This document shows positions 54,835-64,000 of a stretch of DNA of 64,000 nucleotides, piece after piece (the first letter of the stretch is position 1; every line of letters begins with the position of its first letter). The notes below the pieces were generated by a model, which searched no databases, was not told where the DNA came from, and worked only from the letters and a program-made list of their open reading frames with translations. The DNA is from Acidimicrobiia bacterium (lineage in GTDB: Bacteria; Actinomycetota; Acidimicrobiia; Spongiisociales; ZC4RG35). The position numbers and the translations under genes are program-made. The stretch covers positions 2,188,089 through 2,252,088 of the forward strand of contig OZ244213.1 of NCBI GenBank assembly GCA_965216905.1. Reading direction: 5' to 3'.

Positions 54835-56288
54835 GTCGGCGGCCGAACCGACTCGACCGGCAGCCGGATGGGAAAGCGAGCACGGATGACGTCGTCGGTG
54901 GCGGGCGGGATGTGGCGCGGGAAGTGGCTCGCCAGGACGGTCCGTACATAACGGTTGGCCCGGTCTGCGGCGGTCGTCCCGCCGGCGTCCTTCCAATCTT
55001 CCGGGTTGGTTCGGTCGCCGATCGCCGGGTAGAGGTACTCGCGTTGCATCACCGCCAGCGTCTGCTCGTGGCCGAGAAAATGGCCGGCGCCGTGGACGAC
55101 GTCCCGGATCACGTCGGCGGCGAGCGTGGCCGGGTTCACCTCGATTCCGCGGACGGTCCGGTTGGTCGCCCCCAGCAGGTCGTTGTCGATCACCAGCATC
55201 TCGGGCGAACAGGCCAGGAGTGACGCCAGCATGCCGGCCGATTCGTACACCAGATTGGCCCCGGCATGGGCGGCCAGCGACACCGTGAGACCCTTTTCGT
55301 GGCCCGCCTGGGCATCGGGGACTTTCGAATCGGACATGCCGGCCGCCACCCCCGAGGGCAGCCCCAGCCAGTTGGCCACCTGGGCGGCCGCCGCCATCAG
55401 GACCGCCTCCTCACCGCTCCCGCCCGACATCGCCCCGGTTCGCAGATCGGAGACGAACGGCCACAGCCCCATCACGCAGGGATGACCGGGTGACAGCAGG
55501 TTCACGACGGTGAGCGCCGCCAGGCATTCGGCGAGTGCCTGGGCCAAGGATCCGGCCAGGGGGGCGGGAGAGGTGGCACCCGCCTGGCCGGCCGACAGCA
55601 GGTTGATGGGCATGCCGGTTCGAACCTGGGCCACCATGCATTGAGCCGATTCCACCGCGAAACGCAGGGGCGGGACCACGAAGGTGTTGTTGGCAACCGC
55701 GAACGGGCGCTTGCGAAAGGCGCCCTCGGCGCCGAGGGCGGTGTCGAACATGTCGACGACCTCGTATACGTGCTCTGGGTGGAAGAAGGACGTGCCGACC
55801 GGTTTGGTGGTGCCCATCATCACCGCATACGCAGTGTTGACGTCCAACTCACGAGCGTCGCCCAGCTCACGGGCGACCACCGGACGGACGAAGAAGTGGA
55901 GGTCTTCGAGCGTGTCGGCGAGCCGCGCCAGGTCGTAGAGGTCCTGGGTGGTGGAGTGACGGAACGCGCGGCTCTCGTGGTCGAGGATCAGGACTGCGGC
56001 GCCGGCGGTGCCGAAGTGCACCCGCCGATCGGACAGATCGATGCTGCGGTCCTCGTCCAGTCCGTGCCAGACGAAGCCCGGTGCCGCCCGGTCGATGGCC
56101 CGGAGGACCATGTCTCGTGGGAACCGAAGTCGCCCGCCGTCGTCGACATGGCCGCCGGCTTCGGTGACGACCTCCACGAACTCCGGAATGGGGCTGCCCA
56201 TGCCGGGGTCTTCGAGGAGGTCGAGCGCCGTCGCCAACACGGCTTCCATCTGTGATTCGGTCAGTGGCTGGTAGGCACCGCCGGTCAT
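54822..56288 (-). CDS. MttB-superfamily (trimethylamine methyltransferase-like, non-Pyl) quaternary-amine methyltransferase
   Basis: TIM-barrel MttB family blocks. No in-frame amber. The start is probably ATG 56288 (MTGGAYQPL); 56384 is an alternative. Confidence 0.8.
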   Translation of the reverse strand: MTGGAYQPLTESQMEAVLATALDLLEDPGMGSPIPEFVEVVTEAGGHVDDGGRLRFPRDMVLRAIDRAAPGFVWHGLDEDRSIDLSDRRVHFGTAGAAVLILDHESRAFRHSTTQDLYDLARLADTLEDLHFFVRPVVARELGDARELDVNTAYAVMMGTTKPVGTSFFHPEHVYEVVDMFDTALGAEGAFRKRPFAVANNTFVVPPLRFAVESAQCMVAQVRTGMPINLLSAGQAGATSPAPLAGSLAQALAECLAALTVVNLLSPGHPCVMGLWPFVSDLRTGAMSGGSGEEAVLMAAAAQVANWLGLPSGVAAGMSDSKVPDAQAGHEKGLTVSLAAHAGANLVYESAGMLASLLACSPEMLVIDNDLLGATNRTVRGIEVNPATLAADVIRDVVHGAGHFLGHEQTLAVMQREYLYPAIGDRTNPEDWKDAGGTTAADRANRYVRTVLASHFPRHIPPATDDVIRARFPIRLPVESVRPPTHTR

Positions 56289-56380
56289 ACCCGGCCGGAC
56301 GGGACGCTCGCCCGGATCGAGTCCGGCGGTCCGTGTGGCCACCCGTGCCGCCCGGCCGCCGGCCCGGCGTCGCCGGTCGC

Positions 56381-58798
56381 TCATCCGGCCCGCAGCCGTT
56401 CGTTGGCCGGATCCCAGGCGGCCGAGTCGATCACCGTGGCACCCCGGCGCTCGCCGAGGATCTCGATGTCGAACACCGATCCCGCCGGCTCGAACGCCGG
56501 GTCCACGTATGCGAAGAAGAGGCTCTTGCCGACCGAGTGTCCATACGCGCCCGATGTCGTGAGCCCGATGATGCGATCACCGTCCATCACCGGTTCGTTC
56601 CCGCGGCAGTCGGCACCTTCGGCGTCGACCTCGCCGTACACGCACACCATGGCCAGCGGTCCGTCTCGACGCTCGACCACCGCATCGCGTCCCAGGAAGT
56701 CGGTGTCCCAGTCCACGAACCGTTCGATGCGTGCTTCCACCGGGGTGACCTCGGTGGTGAGCTCGCTTCCCATCGCCTTGTATGCCTTCTCGATCCTCAT
56801 CACGTTCATTGCCGAGCTTCCGAAGTCGCGGACGCCGAGGTCGGCACCCGCCTCGTGAACCGCTTCGTACAAGCGCACCATGTCGTCGAGTTGGTGATGG
56901 AGCTCCCAGCCCAGCTCGCCGACGTAGCTGACCCGCAGGGCCAGGCAGGTGATGCCCGCCACGGCGATCTCCCGACCGCTGAGCCATCCGAATGCGTCGT
57001 TGTCGAGGTCGGCATCCGTCAGCCGTTGCAGCAGCGTTCGCGACCGGGGTCCGGTCACCGTCAGGATCCCCCGTTCGTCGGTGACGTCCCGCAGCCGGAC
57101 GTCCTCATCGCCGCCGGTGTGGAACCGGAGCCAGTCGAAGTCGTGGACCTGGTTGGTGATCCCCGAGTTGAGGTAGAAGCGGTCCTCGGCGATCCGGGTG
57201 ACGGTCATCTCCGCTTCGATCCCACCCAGTGGCGTCAGGAAATGGGTCAGGCGGATCCCGCCCTGGCGTCGAGGCAGCTGGTTGGCGCTGAGCCGTTCGA
57301 GCATGGCCGCTGCATCAGCGCCTTCGACCTCGAACTTCGAGAACGCGGTGAGGTCGGCGATCCCGACGGCACTGCGGACGGCCCGAACCTCGGCGCCGAT
57401 CAGATCGAAGGCAGAGGACCGGCCGAAGGCATAGGTCTCCGGCGATCCATCGGGCGAGAAGTGGCGGACCCGCTCCCATCCGAACACCTCCTGCCACTGG
57501 GCACCCTTGGCATCGAGGGTGTCGTAGAGCGGAGTCTGCTTGACCGGTCGTCCCGCCGGCCGGTACTCGCCGGGCATGCGGACTTGGTACATCTCGTGGT
57601 ACTCGTCGATCGACCTCGCCAGGGTGTAGTCGCCCGGGGCGTAGGGTCCGAACCGCCGAGGGTCCATCTCGGCGACGTTGATCTCGGTCTGCCCGTGGAC
57701 CATCCATTGAGCCAGGTACTTGCCTGCGCCCGGACCCTGGCAGACGCCGATGGAGGCGCCGACGCACATCCAGTAGTTGCGGAGCCCCGGGGCCGGGCCC
57801 ATGAGGTATCCGGCGTCGGGGGTGTGGGTGATGGGTCCGGAGACGACCTTCTTGATTCCGGCTTCCTGGAAGGCGGGGATGCGGCGTCCGGCCAGTTCCA
57901 GCCATGGCAACAGCCGTTCCACATCGGGCGGGGTCAGATGAAAGCTGAGATCCCAGTCGATGCCATCCAGTCCGTAGGGAACCGATCCTCGGGTCTCGTA
58001 GGGTCCGACGATCAGCCCGTCGTGCTCACGCCGGAAGTAGCACGACGCCCGAGGGTCCCGGACCACCGGGACCTCGAAGTCGAGCGCGGCCATCTCGGGG
58101 AAGGACTCGGTGACGATGTACTGATGGATCATCGAGACGATCGGCACGTCGAGTCCGACCATCGCTCCCAACTGGGGTCCGTAGTGACCGGCGGCGTTGA
58201 CCACGTGCTCGGCGATGATCGTTCCCTGCTGCGAGATGATCTCCCACCGGCCGTCCGGCAGCTGGTTCATGTCGACGACCCGGTTGTGCCGCACGATCTC
58301 CGCCCCCAACCGACGGGCGCCGGTGGCCATGGCGTTCGTGGATGCGGTGGGATCGCTCCAGCCATCGTGGGGCGTGTGAAAGCCGAGCACCACGTCCTCG
58401 ACATCGAGCAGTGGGTGGAGCCCTCGGATCTCTGACGGTCCGATGAGGTGGGACTCGACGCCGACCAGGTCGAGCATGCCGTGGACGTACCGGAACCAGT
58501 CTGCCTCGTCGCGATTGGTGGCGAGCCGGATCGCCCCGCAGCCGTGCCAGCCGGTGTGCATTCCGGTCTCGGCCTCCAATTCGTCGTAGAGCTTTGCTCC
58601 GTAGGCGTGGACCTTGGCCATGTTGAGACTGCCGATGAAGTGAGGCACCAGGCCGGCGGCGTGCCACGTAGACCCAGACGTCAGCTCGCCTTTCTCGATC
58701 AGAACCGTGTCCGTCCACCCCTCGTGTGCCAGGTGGTAGAGCAGCGCCACCCCCATGGCGCCGCCTCCGACGATCACACACCGGGCTTCATCACGCAT
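56381..58798 (-). CDS. second dimethylglycine/sarcosine dehydrogenase-family flavoenzyme (paralog)
   Basis: CVIVGGGAMGVALLYHLA FAD motif and a GcvT-like C-terminus (YVGELGWELHH). About 40% identical to 51528..53972. Confidence 0.9.
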   Translation of the reverse strand: MRDEARCVIVGGGAMGVALLYHLAHEGWTDTVLIEKGELTSGSTWHAAGLVPHFIGSLNMAKVHAYGAKLYDELEAETGMHTGWHGCGAIRLATNRDEADWFRYVHGMLDLVGVESHLIGPSEIRGLHPLLDVEDVVLGFHTPHDGWSDPTASTNAMATGARRLGAEIVRHNRVVDMNQLPDGRWEIISQQGTIIAEHVVNAAGHYGPQLGAMVGLDVPIVSMIHQYIVTESFPEMAALDFEVPVVRDPRASCYFRREHDGLIVGPYETRGSVPYGLDGIDWDLSFHLTPPDVERLLPWLELAGRRIPAFQEAGIKKVVSGPITHTPDAGYLMGPAPGLRNYWMCVGASIGVCQGPGAGKYLAQWMVHGQTEINVAEMDPRRFGPYAPGDYTLARSIDEYHEMYQVRMPGEYRPAGRPVKQTPLYDTLDAKGAQWQEVFGWERVRHFSPDGSPETYAFGRSSAFDLIGAEVRAVRSAVGIADLTAFSKFEVEGADAAAMLERLSANQLPRRQGGIRLTHFLTPLGGIEAEMTVTRIAEDRFYLNSGITNQVHDFDWLRFHTGGDEDVRLRDVTDERGILTVTGPRSRTLLQRLTDADLDNDAFGWLSGREIAVAGITCLALRVSYVGELGWELHHQLDDMVRLYEAVHEAGADLGVRDFGSSAMNVMRIEKAYKAMGSELTTEVTPVEARIERFVDWDTDFLGRDAVVERRDGPLAMVCVYGEVDAEGADCRGNEPVMDGDRIIGLTTSGAYGHSVGKSLFFAYVDPAFEPAGSVFDIEILGERRGATVIDSAAWDPANERLRAG

Positions 58799-59012
58799 GC
58801 GGGCACCTCCGCCTTCGCCACCTGGACGAGCGATCGATCCGGGTTCCTCATCGATCCCGAGTGTGCACCGATCGGTGTTTCACTGAGTGGAACGGTTCGC
58901 TCTTCAGTACATCGCCGACTGTACCGTCGGATCGAGGCCGGTGTCGGGCCCGCGCTCGGGTCATCTCGGTCGGTACAGTCCGTCGGCGGCGCGCGCAGAG
59001 AAGGAGACCTGC

Positions 59013-60002
59013 ATGGGTGACGACGACCTCCCGGTCGGCCGGGTCGGATTCATCGGACTCGGCAACGTCGGTGGGAAGCTGGCGGGCTCGTTGGCTCGGA
59101 ACGGCGTCGACCTCGTGGTCTCGGATCTCGACGATGCGAAGATGGGCGGGCTCGTCCAAGCCGGAGCGCAACCGGCGGCCGATCTCACCCACTTGGCTTC
59201 CTCGTGTGACATCGTGATCACCTGTCTGCCGTCACCCACCGTGGTCGCCTCGGTGATGGAGGGATCGGGTGGCGTGATCGAGCACCTGCGGACCGAGGCC
59301 ATCTGGATCGAGATGAGTACCACCGACCACCTGGAGGTACGGCGACTGGGAAGCCATGTCCGAGGTCGTGGCGGTGATGCGCTGGATTGTCCGGTGTCCG
59401 GCGGGTGCCATCGGGCCGCCACCGGCAACATCACCATCCTGGCCGGAGGACGGCGCCCGACCTTCGAGCGAGTGCTTCCGCTGCTCACCTTCATGGGGTA
59501 CGAGGTGATCCACACCGGTGATCTCGGTACCGCCTCGATGCTGAAGGTCGTGACGAACTATCTCGCCACCGCCAACCTGATCAGCCTCACCGAGGCGCTG
59601 ACCACCTGCCGGGCGCTCGGCTTGAACCTGAATGTCGCCTACGAGGCCATCGCCCGGTCTTCGGGGACTTCGTTCGTGCACGAGACGGAGAGTCAGGTGA
59701 TCTTGAACGGCAGCCGAGACATCAACTTCACGATGGAGTTGGTCGCCAAGGACGTCGGGCTGTTCCAGCGGCTGGCGGACTCGGTGGGTGTGCCGGTCGA
59801 GCTCTCGCCATTGATGCTGGAGATCATCGGCGACGCCATGGCTCGCTACGGGCCGCGGGAGTGGTCGCCCAACCTCATTCGCCGCCTCGAGGATGCCACC
59901 GGACTCCGGGTGCTGGCACCGGGGTTTCCGCCGGAGATCGTCGATGAGCTTCCCGAGCGCCGCGGGTTCGAGGTTCGGCTTCCGGATCGCGGTCGCCAGT
60001 GA
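59013..60002 (+). CDS. NAD(P)-dependent 3-hydroxyisobutyrate dehydrogenase-family oxidoreductase
   Basis: AAGGAGA RBS. GFIGLGNVGGKLAGSL Rossmann motif. Confidence 0.8.
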   Translation: MGDDDLPVGRVGFIGLGNVGGKLAGSLARNGVDLVVSDLDDAKMGGLVQAGAQPAADLTHLASSCDIVITCLPSPTVVASVMEGSGGVIEHLRTEAIWIEMSTTDHLEVRRLGSHVRGRGGDALDCPVSGGCHRAATGNITILAGGRRPTFERVLPLLTFMGYEVIHTGDLGTASMLKVVTNYLATANLISLTEALTTCRALGLNLNVAYEAIARSSGTSFVHETESQVILNGSRDINFTMELVAKDVGLFQRLADSVGVPVELSPLMLEIIGDAMARYGPREWSPNLIRRLEDATGLRVLAPGFPPEIVDELPERRGFEVRLPDRGRQ

Positions 60003-61135
60003 CCGTGCGTCCCATCGCCGCCGCCGTCCAGCGCCGCTTGGGCGAGTTGTCAATCGAGTCGCTCCACCTGCGGGGACCCGGCCCCGACCAGGTTTGTGTT
60101 CGGATCTCGGCATGTGCGGTGTGTCACAGCGACCTCTCGTTCATCGACGGTGACTGGGCGGTCCGATTCCCCGCCGTGTGGGGACATGAAGCCTCGGGGG
60201 TGGTGACCGAGGTCGGAGCAGGTGTCGACTCGGTCCGTCCGGGGGATCGGGTCGTCGTCGGGTTGCTTCGTTCCTGTGGCGCATGTCGTCGGTGCCGGCG
60301 TGGCATGGAAGCGGTGTGCGACGAAATCCCGTCGTTGCCCGGTGGATCCCCACTCACCGACGCTCGGGGGGAACGTGTCAGTCATGGCCTCGGAACCGCC
60401 GCGTTCGCCGAAGCGGTGACCGTGCACCGGTCGCAGGTCGTGCCTCTGGCCGACGACATCGGGTTCGTCGAGGGAGCGCTCCTCGGGTGCGGCTTCCTGA
60501 CCGGGGCGGGGGCGGTGTTCAACACGGCACGGGTCGAGCCGCGGAGCCACGTCGTCGTGATCGGTGCCGGTGGCGTCGGCGCAAGCATCGTGCAGGCGGC
60601 TCGGCTGGCGGATGCCGATCGGGTGATCGCGGTCGACCCGGCCCCGGTTCAGCGGTCGGCCTCAGTGGGTTTCGGGGCGACTTCGACGGTTGATCCGCTT
60701 TCGTCAGATGCGCTCGCACACGTCCGAACGGTCACGGACGGGGCCATGGCCGACTACGTGTTCCTGGCCACCGGAGCCGGTTCGGCGTTGCCGGGGGCAC
60801 TCGAGTTGCTGGCCCCCGGAGGAGCGCTGGTGCTGGTCGGCTTGCCTCCGGATGGGACCGAGCTGGTGATCGACCCCACCGCGCTGGCGGTCGCCAATCG
60901 GCGCATCCTCGGTTCGAGGATGGGATCGAGTCGGTTCTCACAGGATGTGCCCCGCCTGATCGAGCACATCCGGGCGGGCCGGCTCGACATGAGATCGATG
61001 GTCACGGCCACCTTCCCTTTCGAGCGCATCTCGGATGCCGTGGAAGGCGTCCGGGCCGGCGAAGCCATCCGCAACGTCCTCCTGTTCGGGGATGCCCGCG
61101 ATGGCGGGGTGCGCGACGGCGGGGACGTGAAGTGA
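59999..61135 (+). CDS. zinc-dependent alcohol dehydrogenase (MDR family)
   Basis: CAVCHSDL...GHEASGVV zinc motif and VIGAGGVGASIVQAA. Confidence 0.8.
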   Translation: MTVRPIAAAVQRRLGELSIESLHLRGPGPDQVCVRISACAVCHSDLSFIDGDWAVRFPAVWGHEASGVVTEVGAGVDSVRPGDRVVVGLLRSCGACRRCRRGMEAVCDEIPSLPGGSPLTDARGERVSHGLGTAAFAEAVTVHRSQVVPLADDIGFVEGALLGCGFLTGAGAVFNTARVEPRSHVVVIGAGGVGASIVQAARLADADRVIAVDPAPVQRSASVGFGATSTVDPLSSDALAHVRTVTDGAMADYVFLATGAGSALPGALELLAPGGALVLVGLPPDGTELVIDPTALAVANRRILGSRMGSSRFSQDVPRLIEHIRAGRLDMRSMVTATFPFERISDAVEGVRAGEAIRNVLLFGDARDGGVRDGGDVK

Positions 61136-62352
61136 AGGTCACCGATCTCGAGGTGTTCGTGGTGGGGAATCCTCCCCCCGGCTTCGGTGGGCGGTACTTC
61201 GTGTTCGTGAAGGTCTCGACCGACACGGGTGCGCACGGGTACGGCGAGGCATATGCAGCGACGGTCGGGCCGAGCGCCCTCACGGCGGTGATCGATGATG
61301 TCCACGCCCGACACCTGGCGGAGCGGAACCCGTTCGAGATCGAGCGCTTCTGGAGAAGGGCCTACACCGCCGGGTACAGCGGCCGGCCCGACCTCACGAC
61401 CATGGCGGCGATCAGTGCGCTCGAGATGGCATGTTGGGACATCATCGGGAAGGAGGTCGGCCGACCGGTCATGGATCTGCTCGGTGGTCGAGTTCGAGAC
61501 CGTTTGCGGGCGTACACCTACCTCTACCCGGCCGAAGGCGATCGCTCGGATGTCTACCGCGACTCCGATCTCGCCGCCGAACGTGCGCTCCAAGAGGTGG
61601 ACCGCGGCTTCACGGCGGTCAAGTTCGATCCGGCAGGCCCCTACTCCAGCCATGACGGACGCCAGCCGTCGCTGGAACGGCTGGCGCTGAGCGCCCGATT
61701 CATGACATCGATTCGGGAGGCCATCGGTGACCGCGCCGACATCCTCTTCGGAACGCATGGTCAGTTCACCGCCGCCGGAGCCATCCGGCTCGCTCGACGT
61801 CTCGAGCCCTTCGATCCGATGTGGTTGGAGGAACCGGTGCCGGCCGACGATCCGCACTCGATGGCGCGGGTGGCCGAGGCGACCAGCATCCCGATCGCCG
61901 CCGGGGAGCGATTGGTCACCAAGCACGAGTTCGCCCGCCTTCTCCGAATCGGGGCAGCCGCGATCCTCCAGCCCAACCTGGGTCGGTGTGGTGGCCTCCT
62001 GGAGGCGAAGAAGGTGGCGGCGATCGCCGAGGTGCACGGCGCGCTCATCGCCCCGCATCTGTACTGCGGCCCCATCGTCGAGGCCGCCAACGTCCAGTTC
62101 GCAGCCGGAATCCCCAACTTCTCGATCCTGGAGACCATCCGCGTGGAAGGGGGATTTCACGACCGACTCGTCCGGGGCCGGCCCGCCCTCGACGAGGGCT
62201 CCGTCATTCCCCCCTCACGGCCCGGGCTGGGGGTGGAGCTCGACGAGGAGGTGGCCCGCGCTCATCCATATGACGGCCCGGGTCTCCACCTGGAGGTCGT
62301 GGATCTCCCCGACCCGGATCGGACGCACGGGAGGCCGCCGGAGCCGGTTTGA
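61132..62352 (+). CDS. enolase-superfamily enzyme (mandelate racemase/muconate lactonizing family dehydratase)
   Basis: KVDRGFTAVKFDP, and metal ligands (D...EEP...). Confidence 0.85.
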   Translation: MKVTDLEVFVVGNPPPGFGGRYFVFVKVSTDTGAHGYGEAYAATVGPSALTAVIDDVHARHLAERNPFEIERFWRRAYTAGYSGRPDLTTMAAISALEMACWDIIGKEVGRPVMDLLGGRVRDRLRAYTYLYPAEGDRSDVYRDSDLAAERALQEVDRGFTAVKFDPAGPYSSHDGRQPSLERLALSARFMTSIREAIGDRADILFGTHGQFTAAGAIRLARRLEPFDPMWLEEPVPADDPHSMARVAEATSIPIAAGERLVTKHEFARLLRIGAAAILQPNLGRCGGLLEAKKVAAIAEVHGALIAPHLYCGPIVEAANVQFAAGIPNFSILETIRVEGGFHDRLVRGRPALDEGSVIPPSRPGLGVELDEEVARAHPYDGPGLHLEVVDLPDPDRTHGRPPEPV

Positions 62353-62360
62353 TCGATAAC

Positions 62361-62379
62361 TCATATATTTGAAATATGA
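62361..62379. promoter_or_regulatory. AT-rich inverted repeat TCATAT-N7-ATATGA upstream of the ABC substrate-binding protein gene
   Basis: Exact 6-bp arms at 62361-66 and 62374-79, inside the only AT-rich stretch of this intergenic region. Confidence 0.4.
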
Positions 62380-62465
62380 TACGGTGCCCCCCTCTCAATC
62401 GGTCCCGCCGCTAGGTTGGCCGGGAGATCGACCTCAAAAGGTCGACCGGCATTGGGAGAGAGACA

Positions 62466-64000
62466 ATGAATTGGAAACTTCTCGATCGGGCGCGTCGCTC
62501 AGTGAGCAACCCCGTTCAGCTCGACGTCCTGGAATCGTATGTCGCCGGCAGCATCAGCCGTCGCAACTTCCTCAAGCGTGGCTCCATCGTGGGACTGTCG
62601 CTGCCTTTCATGGGCGCGGTGATCGCGGCATGTGGAGACGGTGGGTCCGAAGGAACGACCGGTACCGGCGGCGCCGGTGAGGGGACGCAAGCACCTGCCG
62701 GCACGGAGGCTCCCGCCGGCACCACCGCCGGCCAAGAGGGCGGAATCCTCCGGATCTCGACGGTGACCCCGGCGAGCCCGCTGGATCCGGTGCTCATGCA
62801 GGACTTGGCCAGCTACGGCGTGGTCTTCCAGTCCTTCGAGCACCTGGTGAGTTTCGACGCCGACGGCAATCTCGCCCCGGGTCTCGCCGAGTCCTGGGAG
62901 TCCAACGACGACGGCACCGTGTGGACCTTCAACCTCGCCCAGGGCGTCAAGTGGCAGGATGGATCGGACTTCTCGTCGGCCGACGTGGCCGCCACCTTCG
63001 ATCGCATGGTCGAGGTGGGCAACTCGGCCCTGCAGGGCGTCATCGCCGCCGGGTCCGTCGATTCGAGCGACCCCAACGTGGCGGTGGTCACGCTCGAGGG
63101 TCCCAACGGGAATCTCCCGGCGCTGGTGTCCAACTACAACGCCCAATCGCCGATCACGCCCGTCGCCTACGAACCGGGTACGACGCTGGATGCATCGCCC
63201 AACGGAACCGGACCGTGGAAGCTCGTCAGCTACGACCCGGCCACCAAGGCCGTCTTCGAGCGCAACCCCGATTGGCGGGGTGGCTCCACTCCGTTGGATG
63301 GCGTCGAGTTCCAGTTCTTCGATGACATCGGCACCCAGATCACGGCGGTGCAGGGTGGCTCGGTCGATGCGATCGTGCAGTTCCAGGTCATCGGTGCGGA
63401 TGCGCTCTTCAACAACGACAACTTCGTCGTCAAGGACATCGAGGCGGCCACCCACCGACAGGTGTGGATGCGGGTCGACCAGGGTCAGTTCGCCGACAAG
63501 CGAGTCCGTCAAGCCCTGGCGCTCACGTTCAACCGCCAGCAACTGATCGACACCTTGTGGCGGGGTCGTGCCGTCATCGGGAACGACCATGTGATCGCAC
63601 CGTTCCTCCCATTCTTCGACGAGTCGCTGGAACAGCGGGAGCGCAACCCCGAGCAGGCCAAGCAGCTGCTGGCCGACGCCGGGTTCCCCGACGGGCTGAC
63701 CGCCACCCTGAACTGTGGAGAGCTACAGGAGATCCCGCAGCTCGCCCAGCTCATCCAGGCCGGCGCCGCCGAGGGCGGGTTCAACCTCGAGATCAACGTC
63801 GAGGGGCTCGACACCTTCTACGGCAACCAGTGGTGCCCGAGTGCCGATGGCGGTGGACCGACCGACCCGCCGTGCGTGAATGCCGCCGAGCTCGGCATCG
63901 TGGACTACGGCCACCGGCCAGTGCCGGACGTATACCTGAATGCCGCACTGTCCACCGGAGGCGTGTGGAACTCCTCGCAGTTCGCCAACTCCGAGTTCGA
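62466..64000 (+). CDS. ABC transporter substrate-binding lipoprotein (family 5, peptide/opine/nickel type), Tat signal; 3' end outside window
   Basis: Not in the ORF track because it has no stop in the window, but hand translation is continuous to the window end. RRNFLKRGSIVGLSLPFMGAVIAACG is a twin-arginine + lipobox leader. SBP_bac_5-like body. Confidence 0.8.
   Translation, partial: MNWKLLDRARRSVSNPVQLDVLESYVAGSISRRNFLKRGSIVGLSLPFMGAVIAACGDGGSEGTTGTGGAGEGTQAPAGTEAPAGTTAGQEGGILRISTVTPASPLDPVLMQDLASYGVVFQSFEHLVSFDADGNLAPGLAESWESNDDGTVWTFNLAQGVKWQDGSDFSSADVAATFDRMVEVGNSALQGVIAAGSVDSSDPNVAVVTLEGPNGNLPALVSNYNAQSPITPVAYEPGTTLDASPNGTGPWKLVSYDPATKAVFERNPDWRGGSTPLDGVEFQFFDDIGTQITAVQGGSVDAIVQFQVIGADALFNNDNFVVKDIEAATHRQVWMRVDQGQFADKRVRQALALTFNRQQLIDTLWRGRAVIGNDHVIAPFLPFFDESLEQRERNPEQAKQLLADAGFPDGLTATLNCGELQEIPQLAQLIQAGAAEGGFNLEINVEGLDTFYGNQWCPSADGGGPTDPPCVNAAELGIVDYGHRPVPDVYLNAALSTGGVWNSSQFANSEF

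Overview
This 64-kb window is about 70% GC and looks like actinobacterial chromosome. Supporting that lineage are F420-linked genes (PPOX-family enzyme, LLM-class oxidoreductase, CofC/FbiD), a Bpa-like proteasome activator, menaquinone genes (menA/menB/menE), an LmbE/PIG-L deacetylase and myo-inositol-1-phosphate synthase. Most genes are housekeeping: serA, gltX, rpiB, murA, ppdK, meaB, arfB, prmC, pgpA, and a tRNA-Glu(UUC) on the minus strand.

Accessory-looking blocks:
- a complete tad/Flp pilus locus (cpaB-tadZ-tadA-tadB-tadC-flp-tadE-tadF/G) with an orphan receiver-domain regulator placed convergently at its end;
- arsI/cadI, an operator with two inverted repeats, arsR, then a macrodomain gene;
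- an intracellular S8 subtilase followed by a free-standing I9-like propeptide, cofC and lmbE on one strand;
- three adjacent S-layer-homology (SLH) proteins, one of them an S8 protease with three C-terminal SLH repeats;
- an aconitase-X two-subunit pair;
- a quaternary-amine/glycine-betaine-like catabolic island: two DMGDH/sarcosine-dehydrogenase paralogs flanking an MttB-superfamily methyltransferase and an IclR regulator, then dehydrogenases, an enolase-superfamily enzyme and a Tat-lipoprotein ABC binding protein.

Non-coding features: a 13-bp tandem array (about 6 copies) at the 3' flank of tRNA-Glu, an in-frame 15-bp (DDPVP)n repeat, several AT-rich palindromes in promoter regions, and one clean bidirectional hairpin terminator. 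I found no CRISPR array, transposase or integrase. Many of the long ORFs in the track are antisense or composition artefacts of the high GC content and were not called.
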